Assembly: GCF_009914755.1 (NCBI RefSeq)
Contig: NC_060948.1
Origin: the human T2T-CHM13v2.0 reference genome, Homo sapiens
Strand: one strand, 5' to 3'
DNA length: 64,000 bases
The notes beneath the pieces are model-generated. The model had not been told where the DNA came from. It saw only the letters and a list, made by a program, of their open reading frames with translations, and did not search any database. Positions 29,060 to 43,913 of this stretch are shown here, in pieces. The stretch's first letter is position 1; each line of letters opens with the position of its first letter. The position numbers and the translations under genes were made by a program.

Positions 29060-32000
29060 GGCCTGGAATAAAGTGGAATGCTACGGTCTCGAATGGAATA
29101 AAAATGTATGGAATGGAATGCAATGAAACGGAATCGAATGTCATAGAATGTAATGGAATGCAAAAAAATGGAATCCAAAATCATTGACTGGAAAGGCTGG
29201 GTGTCGAAAGGAATTGACTCCAATGGAATGGAATCGAATGGAATGGAAGTGAATAGAATCGAACTAAATCGAATGGAATGGAATTGATAGGAACGGAATG
29301 GAAAGGAATGCAATGATTTGGCATGGAATGGAATCGAATGGCATCGAATGGAATGGAATGGAATGCAATGGAATGGAATGTATTAGAATGTAATGAACTT
29401 TAATGGAATGTACTCGAATGGATTCGACTGGAATGGAATGTTCTGGAAGTGAATGGACTCCAATGGAATGGATTCCAAAGGAATGGAATCGTACGGAATG
29501 GAATCTAATGGAATGGAATTAAATGGAAATGAATCAAATTGAATAGCACGGAATTGAATTGAATGGAATGGAATGCAATGGAATCTAATGAAACTGAAAG
29601 GAAAGGAATGGAATGGAATGGAATGGGCTGGAATGGAAAGGAATCGAAACGAATGGAATGGAATCGAACTGAAGAGACTGGAATGGAATGCACTGGAATG
29701 GAAGGGAGTGTAATGGAAGGTTCTCGAAAAAAATGGAATCGAATGGAATGGAATTGAATGGAACGGAATAGAGTCGAATGGAATTGAATGGAATGGAATG
29801 GACTAGAGTGAAATGGAATCGAACCACAAGGAATGGACAGGAATAGAATGGTCTCGAATTGAATGGAATCGTATGGAATGGCATCAAACGGAATGGAATG
29901 GACAGCCACGGAATGGAATGCACTCGAATGCAATGGAGTCGAAACTAATGGACTGGAATAGAATGGACTCGACTGGTACGGACTCCAATGGAATGGAATC
30001 GAATGGAAGGGAATCGAAAGGAATGGACTCGAAGGGAAAAGACTGCAATGGAAAGGTCTCGAATGGAATGGAAATTAATGGAATGGAATGGAATCGAATG
30101 AAATGGAGTCAAAAGGAATGGAATCGAATGGCAAGAAATCGAATGTAATGGAATCGCAAGGAATTGATGTGAACGGAACGGAATGGAATGGAATCCAAAG
30201 GAATGGAATAGAATGGAATGGAATCGAATGGAAAGGACTCGAATGGAAATCACTCGAATAGAATGCAATTTAATAAAATAGGATCAAATGTAATGGAATG
30301 GAATGGAAAGGAATCGAAACGAAAGGAATGGAGACAGATGGAATGGAATGGAACAGAGAGCAATGGTATAGAATGGAATGGAATCATCTGGAATGGAATT
30401 GAATGGAATGGAATAATATGAAATGGAATGGAATGGAATGGAATGGAATGCCCTTGAATTAAATGGACTGGAATGGAATGGACTCGAACAGAGTGTAATG
30501 GAAAGTGTTGAGATAGAATGGAATGGACTCCTTTGGAATGGTGTAGTATGCAATGCAATCGACTGGCAGGGAATCAAAAGGAATGTAATGGAATGGATTG
30601 GACTGGAATGCAATGGACTCGAATAGATTGGAAACGGAATGCAAAGGAATGGAATGGAATAGTATGGAATGGAATGGAAAGGAATGGAGTGGAATAGACT
30701 AGAGTGGAATGGAATGGACTGGAAAGCAATGGACTGGAATGGAACTTTCTTGAATGGACTGGAATCAAACGGAATGGAATGCAATGCAATCAAATGGCAT
30801 GGAATAAAATAGAATGAAAGAGAATCAAATGGAATTGAATCGAATGGAATCGAATGGATTGGAAAGGAATAGAATGGAATGGAATGGAATTCACTCAAAT
30901 GGAATGGACTAGAATGGAATGGATTCGAATGGAAGGCAAAGGAATGGAATCTATTGGAATGGACTGTAATGGAATGGAATGGAAGGGATTGGAATGGACT
31001 CGAATGGAATGGACTGCAATAGAAAGGATTCGAATGGAATGAAAAAGAATTGAATGGAATAGAACAGAATGGAATCAAATCGAATGAAATGGAATGGAAT
31101 AGAAAGGAATGGAATGAAATGGAATGGAAAGGATTCGAATGGAATGCAATCGAATGGAATGGAATCGAACGGAATGGAATAAAATGGAAGAAAACTGGCA
31201 AGAAATGGAATCGAAATGAATGGAGTGTTATGGAACGGACTCAAAAGGAATTGAATGTAATAGAATGGAGTGGAGTGGACTCGAATATAATGGACTGGAA
31301 TGGAATGAAATCACATGGAATGGGAACGAATGGAATGGAATGGAAAGGAATGGAATCGAATGGAAAGGAATCGAATGGAAGGGAATGAAATTGAATCAAC
31401 AGGAATGGAAGGGAATAGAATAGACGGTAATGGAATGGACTCGAATAGAATGGACACGAATGCTCAAATTGAATGGACTCGAATGGAATGGAAACGAAAG
31501 GAATGTCATCGAATGGAATTGAATCGATTGGAATGAAATCGCATAGAATGGAGTGGAATCAAATGGAATTGAATCGAAAGGAAAGGAAGCGAATGGACTG
31601 AAATGAAATGGAATGGAATTGAATGGAAAGTAATGCAATGGAATAGAATGGAACGAAATTTCACGGAATGGAATCAAACTGAATGGAATCAAATCAATGG
31701 AATCAAATCAAATGGAATGGAAAGGAATTGAATGGAGTAGATTGGATTGGATGGGATTGGAATGAAATGTACTGGAAAGGACTCGAATTTCATGAAACGG
31801 AATGGAATGAATTGGAACGGAATGGACTCGAATGGAATGGAATGTCATGGAATGGCATCAAATGGAATGGCATCAAATGGAATGGAATCGAATGCAATGG
31901 AATGCTATGGAATGGAATGGAATGCATTGGAATGGAATGTCCTCTAATGGAATGGATTCGAGTGGAATGGAATCGAATATAATGGAGTCGAATGAAATGG

Positions 32001-32618
32001 AATTGAAAGGAATGGGATCGAATACAATGGAATATACTGGAATGTAATGTAATGAACTCGAATGTAATTGACTGGAATGGAATGTACATGAATGGAATGT
32101 AATCGAATGGAAAGTAATCCAATGGAATAGAATCTAATGCAATAAAACCGACTCAGATAGAGTAGAATGTAATGGAATGGAGTGCAGTGCAATGGAAGGG
32201 AATGGAATTGAATGCAATGGAATGGAATGGAATGGAATGGAATGGAATGGAATGGGATGGAATGGTATGGAATGGATAGTAATGGACTGGAGTGAAATGG
32301 ACTGGAAAGGAATGGACTCAAATTGAAAGGGCTCGAAAGGAATGGAGTCAAATGGAATGGTCTGGAATGGAATGAACACGAAAGTAATGCAATCCAATAG
32401 AATGGAATCGAATGGCATGGAATATAAAGAAATGGAATCGAAGAGAATGGAAACAAATGGAATGGAATTGAATGGAATGGAATTGAATGGAATGGGAACG
32501 AATGGAGTGAAATTGTATGCAGTAGAAGGGAATAGAATGTAATGTAAGCGAAAGGAAAGGAATGGATTGGAATGGAATGGAATTCATTGGAATGGAAGGG
32601 AATGTAGTGTAATGGACA
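29060..32618 (+). repeat. DYZ1 unit 9, 3559 bp
   Basis: GGCC 29060 to 32619; extra EcoRI site at 30887. Confidence 0.9.
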
Positions 32619-34684
32619 GGCCTGGAATAAAGTGGAATGCTACGGTCTCGAATGGAATAAAAATGTATGGAATGGAATGCAATGAAACGGAATCGAATGT
32701 CATAAAATGTAATGGAATGCAAAAAAATGGAATCCAAAATCATTGACTGGAAAGGCTGGGTGTCGAAAGGAATTGACTCCAATGGAATGGAATCGAATGG
32801 AATGGAAGTGAATAGAATCGAACTAAATCGAATGGAATGGAATTGATAGGAACGGAATGGAAAGGAATGCAATGATTTGGCATGGAATGGAATCGAATGG
32901 CATCGAATGGAATGGAATGGAATGCAATGGAATGGAATGTATTAGAATGTAATGAACTTTAATGGAATGTACTCGAATGGATTCGACTGGAATGGAATGT
33001 TCTGGAAGTGAATGGGCTCCAATGGAATGGAATCAAAAGGAATGGAATCGTACGGAATGGAATCTAATGTAATGGAATTAAATGGAAATGAATCAAATTG
33101 AATAGCACGGAATTGAATTGAGTGGAATCGAATGCAATGGAATCTAATGAAACGGAAAGGAAAGGAATGGAATGGAATGGAATGGGCTGGAATGGAAAGG
33201 AATCGAAACGAATGGAATGGAATCGAACTGAAGAGACTGGAATGGAATGCACTGGAATGGAAGGGAGTGTAATGGAAGGTTCTCGAAAGAAATGGAATCG
33301 AATGGAATGGAATTGAATGGAACGGAATAGAGTCGAATGGAATTGAATGGAATGGAATGGACTAGAGTGAAATGGAATCGAACCACAAGGAATGGACAGG
33401 AATAGAATGGTCTCGAATTGAATGGAATCGTATGGAATGGCATCAAACGGAATGGAATGGACAGCCACGGAATGGAATGCACTCGAATGCAATGGAGTCG
33501 AAACTAATGGACTGGAATAGAATGGACTCGACTGGTACGGACTCCAATGGAATGGAATCGAATGGAAGGGAATCGAACGGAATGGACTCGAAGGGAAAAG
33601 ACTGCAATGGAAAGGTCTCGAATGGAATGGAAATTAATGGAATGGAATGGAATCGAATGAAATGGAGTCAAAAGGAATGGAATCGAATGGCAAGAAATCG
33701 AATGTAATGGAATCGCAAGGAATTGATGTGAACGGAACGGAATGGAATGGAATCCAAAGGAATGGAATAGAATGGAATGGAATCGAATGGAAAGGACTAG
33801 AATGGAAATCACTCGAATAGAATGCAATTTAATAAAATAGGATCAAATGTAATGGAATGGAATGGAAAGGAATCGAAACGAAAGGAATGGAGACAGATGG
33901 AATGGAATGGAACAGAGAGCAATGGTATAGAATGGAATGGAATCATCTGGAATGGAATTGAATGGAATGGAATAATATGAAATGGAATGGAATGGAATGG
34001 AATGGAATGGAATGCCCTTGAATTAAATGGACTGGAATGGAATGGACTCGAACAGAGTGGAATGGAAAGTGTTGAGATAGAATGGAATGGACTCCTTTGG
34101 AATGGTCTAGTATGCAATGCAATCGACTGGCAGGGAATCAAAAGGAATGTAATGGAATGGATTGGACTGGAATGCAATGGACAGGAATAGATTGGAAACG
34201 GAATGCAAAGGAATGGAATGGAATAGTATGGAATGGAATGGAAAGGAATGGAGTGGAATAGACTAGAGTGGAATGCAATGGACTGGAAAGCAATGGACTG
34301 GAATGGAACTTTCTTGAATGGACTGGAATCAAACAGAATGGAATGCAATGCAATCAAATGGCATGGAATAAAATAGAATGAAAGAGAATCAAATGGAATT
34401 GAATCGAATGGAATCGAATGGATTGGAAAGGAATAGAATGGAATGGAATGGAATTCACTCAAATGGAATGGACTAGAATGGAATGGATTCGAATGGAAGG
34501 CAAAGGAATGGAATCTATTGGAATGGACTGTAATGGAATGGAATGGAATTGAATGGAATGGGAACGAATGGAGTGAAATTGTATGCAGTAGAAGGGAATA
34601 GAATGGAATGCAAGCAAAAGGAAAGGAATGGATTGGAATGGAATGGAATTCATTGGAATGGAAGGGAATGTAGTGTAATGGACA
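32619..34684 (+). repeat. internally deleted DYZ1 unit 10, 2066 bp
   Basis: GGCC 32619 to 34685; junction CTATTGGAATGGACTGTAATG/GAATGGAATGGAA/TTGAATGGAATGGGAACG at 34536-34548 skips about 1.5 kb. Confidence 0.92.
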
Positions 34685-37600
34685 GGCCTGGAATAAAGTG
34701 GAATGCTACGGTCTCGAATGGAATAAAAATGTATGGAATGGAATGCAATGAAATGGAATCGAATGTCATAGAATGTAATGGAATGCAACAAAATGGAATC
34801 CAATATCATTGACTGGAAAGGCTGGGTGTTGAAAGGAATTGACTCCAATGGAATGGAATCGAATGGAATGGAAGTGAATAGAATCGAACTAAATCGAATG
34901 GAATGGAATTGATAGGAACGGAATGGAAAGGAATGCAATGATTTGGCATGGAATGGAATCGAATGGCATCGAATGGAATGGAATGGAATGCAATGGAATG
35001 GAATGTATTAGAATGTAATGAACTTTAATGGAATGTACTCGAATGGATTCGACTGGAATGGAATGTTCTGGAAGTGAATGGACTCCAATGGAATGGATTC
35101 AAAAGGAATGGAATCGTACGGAATGGAATCTAATGGAATGGAATTAAATGGAAATGAATCAAATTGAATAGCACGGAATTGAATTGAATGGAATGGAATG
35201 CAATGGAATCTAATGAAACGGAAAGGAAAGGAATGGAATGGAATGGAATGGGCTGGAATGGAAAGGAATCGAAACGAATGGAATGGAATCGAACTGAAGA
35301 GACTGGAATGGAATGCACTGGAATGGAAGGGAGTGTAATGGAAGGTTCTCGAAAAAAATGGAATGGAATGGAATGGAATTGAATGGAACGGAATAGAGTC
35401 GAATGGAATTGAATGGAATGGAATGGACTAGAGTGAAATGGAATCGAACCACAAGGAATGGACAGGAATAGAATGGTCTCGAATTGAATGGAATCGTATG
35501 GAATGGCATCAAACGGAATGGAATGGACAGCCACGGAATGGAATGCACTCGAATGCAATGGAGTCGAAACTAATGGACTGGAATAGAATGGACTCGACTG
35601 GTACGGACTCCAATGGAATGGAATCGAATGGAAGGGAATCGAACGGAATGGACTCGAAGGGAAAAGACTGCAATGGAAAGGTCTCGAATGGAATGGAAAT
35701 TAATGGAATGGAATGGAATCGAATGAAATGGAGTCAAAAGGAATGGAATCGAATGGCAAGAAATCGAATGTAATGGAATCGCAAGGAATTGATGTGAACG
35801 GAACGGAATGGAATGGAATCCAAAGGAATGGAATAGAATGGAATGGAATCGAATGGAAAGGACTCGAATGGCAATCACTCGAATAGAATGCAATTTAATA
35901 AAATAGGATCAAATGTAATGGAATGGAATGGAAAGGAATCGAAACGAAAGGAATGGAGACAGATGGAATGGAATGGAACAGAGAGCAATGGTATAGAATG
36001 GAATGGAATCATCTGGAATGGAATTGAATGGAATGGAATAATATGAAATGGAATGGAATGGAATGGAATGGAATGGAATGGAATGCCCTTGAATTAAATG
36101 GACTGGAATGGAATGGACTCGAACAGAGTGGAATGGAAAGTGTTGAGATAGAATGGAATGGACTCCTTTGGAATGGTCTAGTATGCAATGCAATCGACTG
36201 GCAGGGAATCAAAAGGAATGTAATCGAATGGATTGGACTGGAATGCAATGGACTCGAATAGATTGGAAACGGAATGCAAAGGAATGGAATGGAATAGTAT
36301 GGAATGGAATGGAAAGGAATGGAGTGGAATAGACTAGAGTGGAATGGAATGGACTGGAAAGCAATGGACTGGAATGGAACTTTCTTGAATGGACTGGAAT
36401 CAAACGGAATGGAATGCAATGCAATCAAATGGCATGGAATAAAATAGAATGAAAGAGAATCAAATGGAATTGAATCGAATGGAATCGAATGGATTGGAAA
36501 GGAATAGAATGGAATGGAATGGAATGGACTCAAATGGAATGGACTAGAATGGAATGGATTCGAATGGAAGGCAAAGGAATGGAATCTATTGGAATGGACT
36601 GTAATTGAATGGAATGGAAGGGATTGGAATGGACTCGAATAGAATGGACTGCAATAGAAAGGATTCGAATGGAATGAAAAAGAATTGAATGGAATAGAAC
36701 AGAATGGAATCAAATCGAATGAAATGGAATGGAATAGAAAGGAATGGAATGAAATGGAATGGAAAGGATTCGAATGGAATGCAATCGAATGGAATGGAAT
36801 CGAACGGAATGGAATAAAATGGAAGAAAACTGGCAAGAAATGGAATCGAAATGAATGGAGTGTTATGGAACGGACTCAAAAGGAATTGAATGTAATAGAA
36901 TGGAGTGGAGTGGACTCGAATATAATGGACTGGAATGGAATGAAATCACATGGAATGGGAACGAATGGAATGGAATGGAAAGGAATGGAATCGAATGGAA
37001 AGGAATCGAATGGAAGGGAATGAAATTGAATCAACAGGAATGGAAGGGAATAGAATAGACGGTAATGGAATGGACTCGAATAGAATGGACACGAATGCTC
37101 AAATTGAATGGACTCGAATGGAATGGAAACGAAAGGAATGTCATCGAATGGAATTGAATCGATTGGAATGAAATCGCATAGAATGGAGTGGAATCAAATG
37201 GAATTGAATCGAAAGGAAAGGAAGCGAATGGACTGAAATGAAATGGAATGGAATTGAATGGAAAGTAATGCAATGGAATAGAATGGAACGAAATTTCACG
37301 GAATGGAATCAAACTGAATGGAATCAAATCAATGGAATCAAATCAAATGGAACGGAAAGGAATTGAATGGAGTAGATTGGATTGGATGGGATTGGAATGA
37401 AATGTACTGGAAAGGACTCGAATTTCATGAAACGGAATGGAATGAATTGGAACGGAATGGACTCGAATGGAATGGAATGTCATGGAATGGCATCAAATGG
37501 AATGGCATCAAATGGAATGGAATCGAATGCAATGGAATGCTATGGAATGGAATGGAATGCATTGGAATGGAATGTCCTCTAATGGAATGGATTCGAGTGG

Positions 37601-38268
37601 AATGGAATCGAATATAATGGAGTCGAATGAAATGGAATTGAAAGGAATGGGATCGAATACAATGGAATATACTGGAATGTAATGTAATGAACTCGAATGT
37701 AATTGACTGGAATGGAATGTACATGAATGGAAGGTAATCGAATGGAAAGTAATCCAATGGAATAGAATCTAATGCAATAAAACCGACTCAGATAGAGTAG
37801 AATGTAATGGAATGGAGTGCAGTGCAATGGAATGGAATGGAATTGAATGCAATGGAATGGAATGGAATGGAATGGAATGGAATGGAATGGAATGGAATGG
37901 AATGGGATGGAATGGTATGGAATGGATAGTAATGGACTGGAGTGAAATGGACTGGAAAGGAATGGACTCAAATTGAAAGGGCTCGAAAGGAATGGAGTCA
38001 AATGGAATGGTCTGGAATGGAATGAACACGAATGTAATGCAATCCAATAGAATGGAATCGAATGGCATGGAATATAAAGAAATGGATTCGAAGAGAATGG
38101 AAAGAAATGGAATGGAATTGAATGGAATGGAATTGAATGGAATGGGAACGAATGGAGTGAAATTGTATGCAGTAGAAGGGAATAGAAAGGAATGCAAGCG
38201 AAAGGAAAGGAATGGATTGGAATGGAATGGAATTCATTGGAATGGAAGGGAATGTAGTGTAATGGACA
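34685..38268 (+). repeat. DYZ1 unit 11, 3584 bp
   Basis: GGCC 34685 to 38269. Confidence 0.9.
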
Positions 38269-40329
38269 GGCCTGGAATAAAGTGGAATGCTACGGTCTCG
38301 AATGGAATAAAAATGTATGGAATGGAATGCAATGAAATGGAATCGAATGTCATAGAATGTAATGGAATGCAACAAAATGGAATCCAATATCATTGACTGG
38401 AAAGGCTGGGTGTCGAAAGGAATTGACTCCAATGGAATGGAATCGAATGGAATGGAAGTGAATAGAATCGAACTAAATCGAATGGAATGGAATTGATAGG
38501 AACGGAATGGAAAGGAATGCAATGATTTGGCATGGAATGGAATCGAATGGCATCGAATGGAATGGAATGGAATGCAATGGAATGGAATGTATTAGAATGG
38601 AATGAACTTTAATGGAATGTACTCGAATGGATTCGACTGGAATGGAATGTTCTGGAAGTGAATGGACTCCAATGGAATGGATTCAAAAGGAATGGAATCG
38701 TACGGAATGGAATCTAATGGAATGGAATTAAATGGAAATGAATCAAATTGAATAGCACGGAATTGAATTGAATGGAATGGAATGCAATGGAATCTAATGA
38801 AACGGAAAGGAAAGGAATGGAATGGAATGGAATGGGCTGGAATGGAAAGGAATCGAAACGAATGGAATGGAATCGAACTGAAGAGACTGGAATGGAATGC
38901 ACTGGAATGGAAGGGAGTGTAATGGAAGGTTCTCGAAAAAAATGGAATCGAATGGAATGGAATTGAATGGAACGGAATAGAGTCGAATGGAATTGAATGG
39001 AATGGAATGGACTAGAGTGAAATGGAATCGAACCACAAGGAATGGAGAGGAATAGAATGGTCTCGAATTGAATGGAATCGTATGGAATGGCATCAAACGG
39101 AATGGAATGGACAGCCACGGAATGGAATGCACTCGAATGCAATGGAGTCGAAACTAATGGACTGGAATAGAATGGACTCGACTGGTACGGACTCCAATGG
39201 AATGGAATCGAATGGAAGGGAATCGAACGGAATGGACTCGAAGGGAAAAGACTGCAATGGAAAGGTCTCGAATGGAATGGAAATTAATGGAATGGAATGG
39301 AATCGAATGAAATGGAGTCAAAAGGAATGGAATCGAATGGCAAGAAATCGAATGTAATGGAATCGCAAGGAATTGATGTGAACGGAACGGAATGGAATGG
39401 AATCCAAAGGAATGGAATAGAATGGAATGGAATCGAATGGAAAGGACTAGAATGGAAATCACTCGAATAGAATGCAATTTAATAAAATAGGATCAAATGT
39501 AATGGAATGGAATGGAAAGGAATCGAAACGAAAGGAATGGAGACAGATGGAATGGAATGGAACAGAGAGCAATGGTATAGAATGGAATGGAATCATCTGG
39601 AATGGAATTGAATGGAATGGAATAATATGAAATGGAATGGAATAGAATGGAATGGAATGCCCTTGAATTAAATGGACTGGAATGGAATGGACTCGAACAG
39701 AGTGGAATGGAAAGTGTTGAGATAGAATGGAATGGACTCCTTTGGAATGGTCTAGTATGCAATGCAATCGACTGGCAGGGAATCAAAAGGAATGTAATGG
39801 AATGTTTTGGACTGGAATGCAATGGACAGGAATAGATTGGAAACGGAATGCAAAGGAATGGAATGGAATAGTATGGAATGGAATGGAAAGGAATGGAGTG
39901 GAATAGACTAGAGTGGAATGCAATTGACTGGAAAGCAATGGACTGGAATGGAACTTTCTTGAATGGACTGGAATCAAACGGAATGGAATGCAATGCAATC
40001 AAATGGCATGGAATAAAATAGAATGAAAGAGAATCAAATGGAATTGAATCGAATGGAATCGAATGGATTGGAAAGGAATAGAATGGAATGGAATGGAATT
40101 CACTCAAATGGAATGGACTAGAATGGAATGGATTCGAATGGAAGGCAAAGGAATGGAATCTATTGGAATGGACTGTAATGGAATGGAATGGAATTGAATG
40201 GAATGGGAACGAATGGAGTGAAATTGTATGCAGTAGAAGGGAATAGAATGGAATGCAAGCAAAAGGAAAGGAATGGATTGGAATGGAATGGAATTCATTG
40301 GAATGGAAGGGAATGTAGTGTAATGGACA
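38269..40329 (+). repeat. internally deleted DYZ1 unit 12, 2061 bp
   Basis: GGCC 38269 to 40330; same junction as unit 10, at 40181-40193. Confidence 0.92.
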
Positions 40330-43300
40330 GGCCTGGAATAAAGTGGAATGCTACGGTCTCGAATGGAATAAAAATGTATGGAATGGAATGCAATGAAATG
40401 GAATCGAATGTCATAGAATGTAATGGAATGCAACAAAATGGAATCCAATATCATTGACTGGAAAGGCTGGGTGTCGAAAGGAATTGACTCCAATGGAATG
40501 GAATCGAATGGAATGGAAGTGAATAGAATCGAACTAAATCGAATGGAATGGAATTGATAGGAACGGAATGGAAAGGAATGCAATGATTTGGCATGGAATG
40601 GAATCGAATGGCATCGAATGGAATGGAATGGAATGCAATGGAATGGAATGTATTAGAATGTAATGAACTTTAATGGAATGTACTCGAATGGATTCGACTG
40701 GAATGGAATGTTCTGGAAGTGAATGGACTCCAATGGAATGGATTCAAAAGGAATGGAATCGTACGGAATGGAATCTAATGGAATGGAATTAAATGGAAAT
40801 GAATCAAATTGAATAGCACGGAATTGAATTGAATGGAATGGAATGCAATGGAATCTAATGAAACGGAAAGGAAAGGAATGGAATGGAATGGAATGGGCTG
40901 GAATGGAAAGGAATCGAAACGAATGGAATGGAATCGAACTGAAGAGACTGGAATGGAATGCACTGGAATGGAAGGGAGTGTAATGGAAGGTTCTCGAAAA
41001 AAATGGAATGGAATGGAATGGAATTGAATGGAACGGAATAGAGTCGAATGGAATTGAATGGAATGGAATGGACTAGAGTGAAATGGAATCGAACCACAAG
41101 GAATGGACAGGAATAGAATGGTCTCGAATTGAATGGAATCGTATGGAATGGCATCAAACGGAATGGAATGGACAGCCACGGAATGGAATGCACTCGAATG
41201 CAATGGAGTCGAAACTAATGGACTGGAATAGAATGGACTTGACTGGTACGGACTCCAATGGAATGGAATTGAATGGAAGGGAATCGAACGGAATGGACTC
41301 GAAGGGAAAAGACTGCAATGGAAAGGTCTCGAATGGAATGGAAATTAATGGAATGGAATGGAATCGAATGAAATGGAGTCAAAAGGAATGGAATCGAATG
41401 GCAAGAAATCGAATGTAATGGAATCGCAAGGAATTGATGTGAACGGAACGGAATGGAATGGAATCCAAAGGAATGGAATAGAATGGAATGGAATCGAATG
41501 GAAAGGACTCGAATGGCAATCACTCGAATAGAATGCAATTTAATAAAATAGGATCAAATGTAATGGAATGGAATGGAAAGGAATCGAAACGAAAGGAATG
41601 GAGACAGATGGAATGGAATGGAACAGAGAGCAATGGTATAGAATGGAATGGAATCATCTGGAATGGAATTGAATGGAATGGAATAATATGAAATGGAATG
41701 GAATGGAATGGAATGGAATGGAATGGAATGCCCTTGAATTAAATGGACTGGAATGGAATGGACTCGAACAGAGTGGAATGGAAAGTGTTGAGATAGAATG
41801 GAATGGACTCCTTTGGAATGGTCTAGTATGCAATGCAATCGACTGGCAGGGAATCAAAAGGAATGTAATCGAATGGATTGGACTGGAATGCAATGGACTC
41901 GAATAGATTGGAAACGGAATGCAAAGGAATGGAATGGAATAGTATGGAATGGAATGGAAAGGAATGGAGTGGAATAGACTAGAGTGGAATGGAATGGACT
42001 GGAAAGCAATGGACTGGAATGGAACTTTCTTGAATGGACTGGAATCAAACGGAATGGAATGCAATGCAATCAAATGGCATGGAATAAAATAGAATGAAAG
42101 AGAATCAAATGGAATTGAATCGAATGGAATCGAATGGATTGGAAAGGAATAGAATGGAATGGAATGGAATGGACTCAAATGGAATGGACTAGAATGGAAT
42201 GGATTCGAATGGAAGGCAAAGGAATGGAATCTATTGGAATGGACTGTAATTGAATGGAATGGAAGGGATTGGAATGGACTCGAATAGAATGGACTGCAAT
42301 AGAAAGGATTCGAATGGAATGAAAAAGAATTGAATGGAATAGAACAGAATGGAATCAAATCGAATGAAATGGAATGGAATAGAAAGGAATGGAATGAAAT
42401 GGAATGGAAAGGATTCGAATGGAATGCAATCGAATGGAATGGAATCGAACGGAATGGAATAAAATGGAAGAAAACTGGCAAGAAATGGAATCGAAATGAA
42501 TGGAGTGTTATGGAACGGACTCAAAAGGAATTGAATGTAATAGAATGGAGTGGAGTGGACTCGAATATAATGGACTGGAATGGAATGAAATCACATGGAA
42601 TGGGAACGAATGGAATGGAATGGAAAGGAATGGAATCGAATGGAAAGGAATCGAATGGAAGGGAATGAAATTGAATCAACAGGAATGGAAGGGAATAGAA
42701 TAGACGGTAATGGAATGGACTCGAATAGAATGGACACGAATGCTCAAATTGAATGGACTCGAATGGAATGGAAACGAAAGGAATGTCATCGAATGGAATT
42801 GAATCGATTGGAATGAAATCGCATAGAATGGAGTGGAATCAAATGGAATTGAATCGAAAGGAAAGGAAGCGAATGGACTGAAATGAAATGGAATGGAATT
42901 GAATGGAAAGTAATGCAATGGAATAGAATGGAACGAAATTTCACGGAATGGAATCAAACTGAATGGAATCAAATCAATGGAATCTAATCAAATGGAATGG
43001 AAAGGAATTGAATGGAGTAGATTGGATTGGATGGGATTGGAATGAAATGTACTGGAAAGGACTCGAATTTCATGAAACGGAATGGAATGAATTGGAACGG
43101 AATGGACTCGAATGGAATGGAATGTCATGGAATGGCATCAAATGGAATGGCATCAAATGGAATGGAATCAAATGCAATGGAATGCTATGGAATGGAATGG
43201 AATGCATTGGAATGGAATGTCCTCTAATGGAATGGATTCGAGTGGAATGGAATCGAATATAATGGAGTCGAATGAAATGGAATTGAAAGGAATGGGATCG

Positions 43301-43913
43301 AATACAATGGAATATACTGGAATGTAATGTAATGAACTCGAATGTAATTGACTGGAATGGAATGTACATGAATGGAAGGTAATCGAATGGAAAGTAATCC
43401 AATGGAATAGAATCTAATGCAATAAAACCGACTCAGATAGAGTAGAATGTAATGGAATGGAGTGCAGTGCAATGGAATGGAATGGAATTGAATGCAATGG
43501 AATGGAATGGAATGGAATGGAATGGAATGGAATGGAATGGAATGGAATGGGATGGAATGGTATGGAATGGATAGAAATGGACTGGAGTGAAATGGACTGG
43601 AAAGGAATGGACTCAAATTGAAAGGGCTCGAAAGGAATGGAGTCAAATGGAATGGTCTGGAATGGAATGAACACGAATGTAATGCAATCCAATAGAATGG
43701 AATCGAATGGCATGGAATATAAAGAAATGGATTCGAAGAGAATGGAAACAAATGGAATGGAATTGAATGGAATGGAATTGAATGGAATGGGAACGAATGG
43801 AGTGAAATTGTATGCAGTAGAAGGGAATAGAAAGGAATGCAAGCGAAAGGAAAGGAATGGATTGGAATGGAATGGAATTCATTGGAATGGAAGGGAATGT
43901 AGTGTAATGGACA
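40330..43913 (+). repeat. DYZ1 unit 13, 3584 bp (sister of unit 11)
   Basis: GGCC 40330 to 43914; shares GGCAATCACTC, GTAATTGAAT and GAAGGTAATCG variants with unit 11. Confidence 0.9.
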
